DNA from: Octopus vulgaris
Lineage: Eukaryota
Reading direction: 5' to 3'
Assembly: GCA_951406725.2 (NCBI GenBank)
Contig: OX597815.1
Location: forward strand, 203,050,001-203,114,000
DNA: 64,000 nucleotides
Shown here: positions 59,470 through 64,000 of the stretch, piece by piece
How the letters are laid out: every line of letters starts with the position of its first letter
How positions within the stretch are numbered: position 1 is the first letter of the stretch
Made by a program: the position numbers and the translations under genes
The notes under the pieces: generated by a model
What the model saw: only the letters and a program-made list of their open reading frames with translations
Told to the model about the DNA's origin: nothing
Database searches by the model: none

Positions 59470-61390
59470 ATCAATACCGATATTTTCAACTCCAGACTCC
59501 GATAGCTTCAAACCAGCGTCACAAGGTTTACTTTATTTATATCTCTTTTTGTATGCAAAAAAAAAACACAGAAAGAAAAATACTGCAATAACAAAAATAA
59601 CTACAGTAACAACAAAATACATGAAAAATACACTAACAATACACACATATATATATATATAAATATACATGCATGTATATACATATATATATATAATGTC
59701 ATTCAACAAAACATTATCCTAACTAATTTTATTGTTCGTCAACAGTTTTCTTATCGTTAATATATTTTTATTGCTATTCTTATTGTTGTTATTTTAACAC
59801 TCCGGCTTTCGGTTTCGATGTTTCAAAATGTCTAAGGGTGTTATCTATTTCATGTATAAACATTTCAAATCCTTTCCTTAAAATGTTCTTTTAAAATTTA
59901 GTTTATATCTTTACTATTAATTTCGGAATAAATGCTATTCACAATTTAATATTAAACGATATTATGATATATATTATATAATATGATACACTATATTAAA
60001 ACAGCATCATAGAGTATTATTTACATATACATACATGTCTATCTAATATAGATATATAGACATATATTCCTTTATATATGCAGCTATTTAATAAACATAA
60101 TCTCTCTGTGCGGATATTCAGATTGTGTTGCTTCATGTTTTATATGAAATTTCTCAAATCTCCTGGATGGCCCAAAATTACTTGGTGCATTATCGTGTTA
60201 ACGGTTTTTTCTTAAATTTTACAACACATTTTCCAAAAACATCTCCGGTTTGATCAGCTGATTGTGTTATGACATTCAGCAATTTCTTGCCTGCATCTTT
60301 TGATGCATTTTGATAATATATACATTTATTTTAAAAGTTATATTCGTTTATTACTTTATTTATATAAATAATAAAATTGAAATTCCGAAGCATCCAGAAA
60401 TTGTAGATGTAAAGAATTTGTTATTAAATGCCTCAAGTAATATTTCTGGAAAATTTACACGTTAGATTTCATAAGTTGATGCATTATATATACAATATAT
60501 AAACATACATACATGCCTACATACATATGTATGTATATACTTGAATAACTCTTCTTTCAGTGTGTTTTCCATTTAATAAGAAGGTGCCGAATTATATGCA
60601 TTGGTTTCGATGGCTCGACAAGCCACTTTCAATTTCCGGTTTATGTCAATTAACTTCCAGTGCGACAAAATTACCCCTGAGAAACGCATGAACCTCACAC
60701 GATCTCATTGAATTATCCCAACCATAAATAAATGCGGGGCCTTGAGTTAATGTAAGAAATCTGTTATCGTTTCTTACTATCTTTTTTGATGTTGACCCAT
60801 ATCTGAAATCTAGCCTTAATGATTTTTATGTAAAGAGACATGTGTACTTAAAATGTAAAAGGAGTCATGTGATATGTTTGATTCTGTACTTCACATCTAC
60901 GAGAAATGTACTTCACATATACGAGAAGGCTAATTTTAAACTATATCTAAAAGCCAAGTACAAAAAGATATGAACATGAAATATTAATGAAAAATGTTTT
61001 GTTTTTCTATTTTTATTATCAATATTTATTCACAATGCAGCTACTACTATTGACACAAATGTTAAACATTTGTAACTAAAATTTTCAGATGATCAGATTG
61101 AAGTGAGATGGCTAATTCTTTCCTAGAATTTGTAAATATATTCAGAGTAACTATTCAAACTTCCAAGTAATTTGTAAATTACACCCCTAGTATTTTTTGC
61201 TATCAATCATCTTGACAGAGCCATCATTAACAGTTTGTGTGGTTTCCTTTTTATGTTTTCCTGTTGGAATCTTTTTATATCTTTCCTTGCTTCACAAAGA
61301 AAAAAAGTTGGAGAATTTGAAATGCTATTTATTGACATTATAATTTATTTGATGAAACAGCGACATCAGATATATTGTTTATTATAAAAG

Positions 61391-61401
61391 TTTTCCTTCA
61401 G
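61391..61401 (+). promoter_or_regulatory. Putative 3' splice acceptor
   Basis: TTTTCCTTCAG ending 2 nt before the ATG at 61404. Confidence 0.55.
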
Positions 61402-61403
61402 TC

Positions 61404-62123
61404 ATGTCGACAGAAAAGACAGAAGACAAGTTCCTGTTGGTTCGGGATAACAAACCGAAGCCTATAAATTTCGATAATCTGTCCACTACAAATTCCTTCT
61501 CTGAGATTGAATTCTTAAATGCAGATGACTTGAGGCCACGTGCAAACACAGCTCCTCCAACCCCGAGTCGTACAGAACCGCTTCCACTGTTTTGTGATAT
61601 ACCACAGATTAAAGTTGAGGATTTTTCTACTTTACAAAGTCCGACAGTAAATTGTAACCCTGTGATTACCGGTAGTCTCGGTTCACTCGGTCCGGATCGG
61701 CCCAAATCATTGAACAGTTTTTTACCAACACTATCAAGGCCTCGATCGCGCACGTGCCCAGAAGATCTATTTCGGAAAACATACAAACGACCGCCAACAC
61801 CACCGCCGATTTCCAGTTCAAAATTACTTGATTTCGGCAAGAGTCGTAAACCTCGCTTCAGTGCCTTGCAGAAGGGTTATAATAAGGATGCTGCCAATAG
61901 TTTTATTCTTAAAGAACTTCCAGAGAACACTCCAGACCATAACGAATCTATTGAGAAGGAGAACAGAGAATCTTTAACGGATGATCTCCAGCTTGTTAAA
62001 AAAGATATTTCAAACATTTCACTGGACGATAGTTATTCTTCAGAACCAATGAACCTTGAAGTCAGCCGAAGAGAACAGCCAGACTCTTTGCCTTACACGA
62101 TAACACGGCGAGGTTCGACTTGA
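61404..62123 (+). CDS. Uncharacterised 239-aa Ser/Pro/Thr-rich, probably disordered protein
   Basis: Only long non-repeat, non-TE ATG-initiated ORF. Higher GC than its flanks, TE-free AT-rich downstream region, repeated RPRxxTxP motifs. Confidence 0.8.
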   Translation: MSTEKTEDKFLLVRDNKPKPINFDNLSTTNSFSEIEFLNADDLRPRANTAPPTPSRTEPLPLFCDIPQIKVEDFSTLQSPTVNCNPVITGSLGSLGPDRPKSLNSFLPTLSRPRSRTCPEDLFRKTYKRPPTPPPISSSKLLDFGKSRKPRFSALQKGYNKDAANSFILKELPENTPDHNESIEKENRESLTDDLQLVKKDISNISLDDSYSSEPMNLEVSRREQPDSLPYTITRRGST

Positions 62124-63123
62124 ACTTATCAGTAATTTGGTTGTTACATTATTTATTTATTTCAATTCCGATTGCTTTCACACTTAAAATCAGGTATTTT
62201 ATCTGAATTGATTTAATTGTTTATTTTTTCATTCAAATGATTCAAAATGCTATTGTACTTTTTTTTTTAATCTTTCATAAATTTAATTTATTTCTCTTTA
62301 TTCAGCTTGTCGCTATCATTAAACTGGCTTCTGTTTTGTCGCCTAATCCAGTAATCAGATTTACTTGACTTTCAGTGCTATAACTTTTAAAACAGTATTT
62401 GATGAGCCGAATTTCTTCTGTATTTCTTTTAAAACCAAATCGTTCGCTTTCATTAGGCTTCATTTGTTTGTTTTTTAATTAAAGAATTATTTTTTTAATT
62501 ATTAATTTATGTACTTTACAATGAATGATATTTGTAATCAATTTTGTCCATGATGGTATGATCCTTAACACTTAAAACTTCTTAAAATCTCCATCAATAC
62601 ATATGTGCCACGCCCACAATTTTATTAATGGTCATAATTACCTCTAAATACCATGCTGACTTCTTTCAACCTACTGCCTAAATAATGGGGAACGTAGCTT
62701 TTTATTCATGAAATTTCATTAAAAATCTCTACCAGAACTGTTAGTACACCAATATCACGAAGTAGCATTTACAATTGGCGAACTGTGATTTTTTATCAGC
62801 TGATCGTACAAACAATATAATTAATTATTGAACACACCTGCTTATTATATTCAAATTATATTGTAATTATTTGTCTCACACATTTGAAAATGATTGTTGC
62901 TTCCAGTTAAAACATTTAGTTGATGGGAGCATAAGTCTAAATATTCATCCTGCAGCAGTCATTTTATATTAAAGACGCGGGATAAACAATATATTTGCAG
63001 GGTGTTTTATTTTATTTTTCATACATAATATTCTGAATTTTAAGAAAAATATATATATAAATACAATTCCATTTTTTTCTCATTTTGTAAATGTGATATC
63101 TTATTTTTTGAAATGTTATTGTA

Positions 63124-63161
63124 AATAAACAAATTATATTGAATCACGTTGTGTTTGTTTT
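63124..63161 (+). terminator. Putative polyadenylation signal with downstream GU-rich element
   Basis: AATAAA 63124-63129 then GTTGTGTTTGTTTT 63148-63161, ~1 kb after the stop codon. Confidence 0.55.
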
Positions 63162-64000
63162 AAAGTAATCTAGATGAATGTGTGTAGGGAATTTTATAGA
63201 AGACTACAGCCATAAGTGAAATAGTCTAGTTTCAGATACTTACCCTATTTTCGAGAAATGGAATGTACAGAAGTGCTTTTACCTTATTCACATTGAGTGC
63301 CAAAGACTTCATTATCCAATGTTTACACTTTAAAAGAAACGCAAGGTTTTCACTTAAAGTAGATTTGATTACAGTTTCTAAGTGACAGATTGTAAAAGTA
63401 CCCTCCCCACGCATTCTTGTGGTGAAGGTAAAATATTTCATCGGTATAAGCTGTGAATAATAAATAATAAATTCTCACCCGAAAAGGTTAATGTTGCCTG
63501 TGATGGGCCACCAGCATTCAATCTCATTGAGCAGATGTACATCTTTCAAGCATTAACCATCTTATCAGTTCGTCTGTCTAATGCCTAGTGCGATCTTTCT
63601 TTAAAAATAAGTGTAGAGTGCATTATAAGCGATTTTCTTTTTACTATTTCTTAGTTGTTGAGAGAGCTGATAAAGATTCCTTTGGTTAACGTAGACATTT
63701 TTTCCGGTATAGAAGTGGACAATTTCTTAAAATTAAATTATATTTTGTAATGACTTTCTATGTTCCTTGAATGCAAATTATCCTAAAACTATATAAGTAA
63801 TACATATACTCGATCGAGCGATTTGCCTGAACTTTCATTTTTTTAAATTTTTTCACATTGATCTTTTACAAGCAGAAATATATCATCTGCTCACGCCACA
63901 GCTAGATGATAGTAGTAGTTCGCTAACTAACTTCAGTGTTCCTGACCGTTGACAGTTTGTTGTGTTCATCCACTGTGCATCTATGATATTCGTCATTGAT

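Noticed and set aside
61382-61840. 152-aa minus-strand ORF
   Set aside because: Antisense to the 239-aa ORF with a non-ATG start; splice and poly(A) signals favour the plus strand.

Overview
Eukaryotic, AT-rich, very repeat-dense DNA. The SINE families and microsatellite load look cephalopod/octopus-like, which is my inference and not verified. Most ORFs in the track are microsatellite artefacts. Mobile DNA dominates: three Tx1-clade LINE copies whose six junctions all lie in (GATA)n tracts, an older sister Tx1 ending at (TTA)n, a rearranged RTE, an RTE-BovB-like fragment, two CR1-group LINEs and three Penelope (Neptune-like) fragments. There are also several long inverted repeats (two carrying hammerhead-ribozyme-like cores, a third with one beside it), two dead mariners, a long-TIR MULE-like element, three non-autonomous Helitrons, a HINE-like element and four SINE types. 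Host sequence is one intact 239-aa ORF (61404-62123) with a splice acceptor, 3'UTR and poly(A) signal, encoding a disordered protein rich in 14-3-3/calcineurin-like motifs. Decayed cadherin-repeat exons also lie on the minus strand of the first ~17 kb and are not shown by the ORF track. All family calls come from manual motif recognition, and coordinates of decayed elements are approximate.
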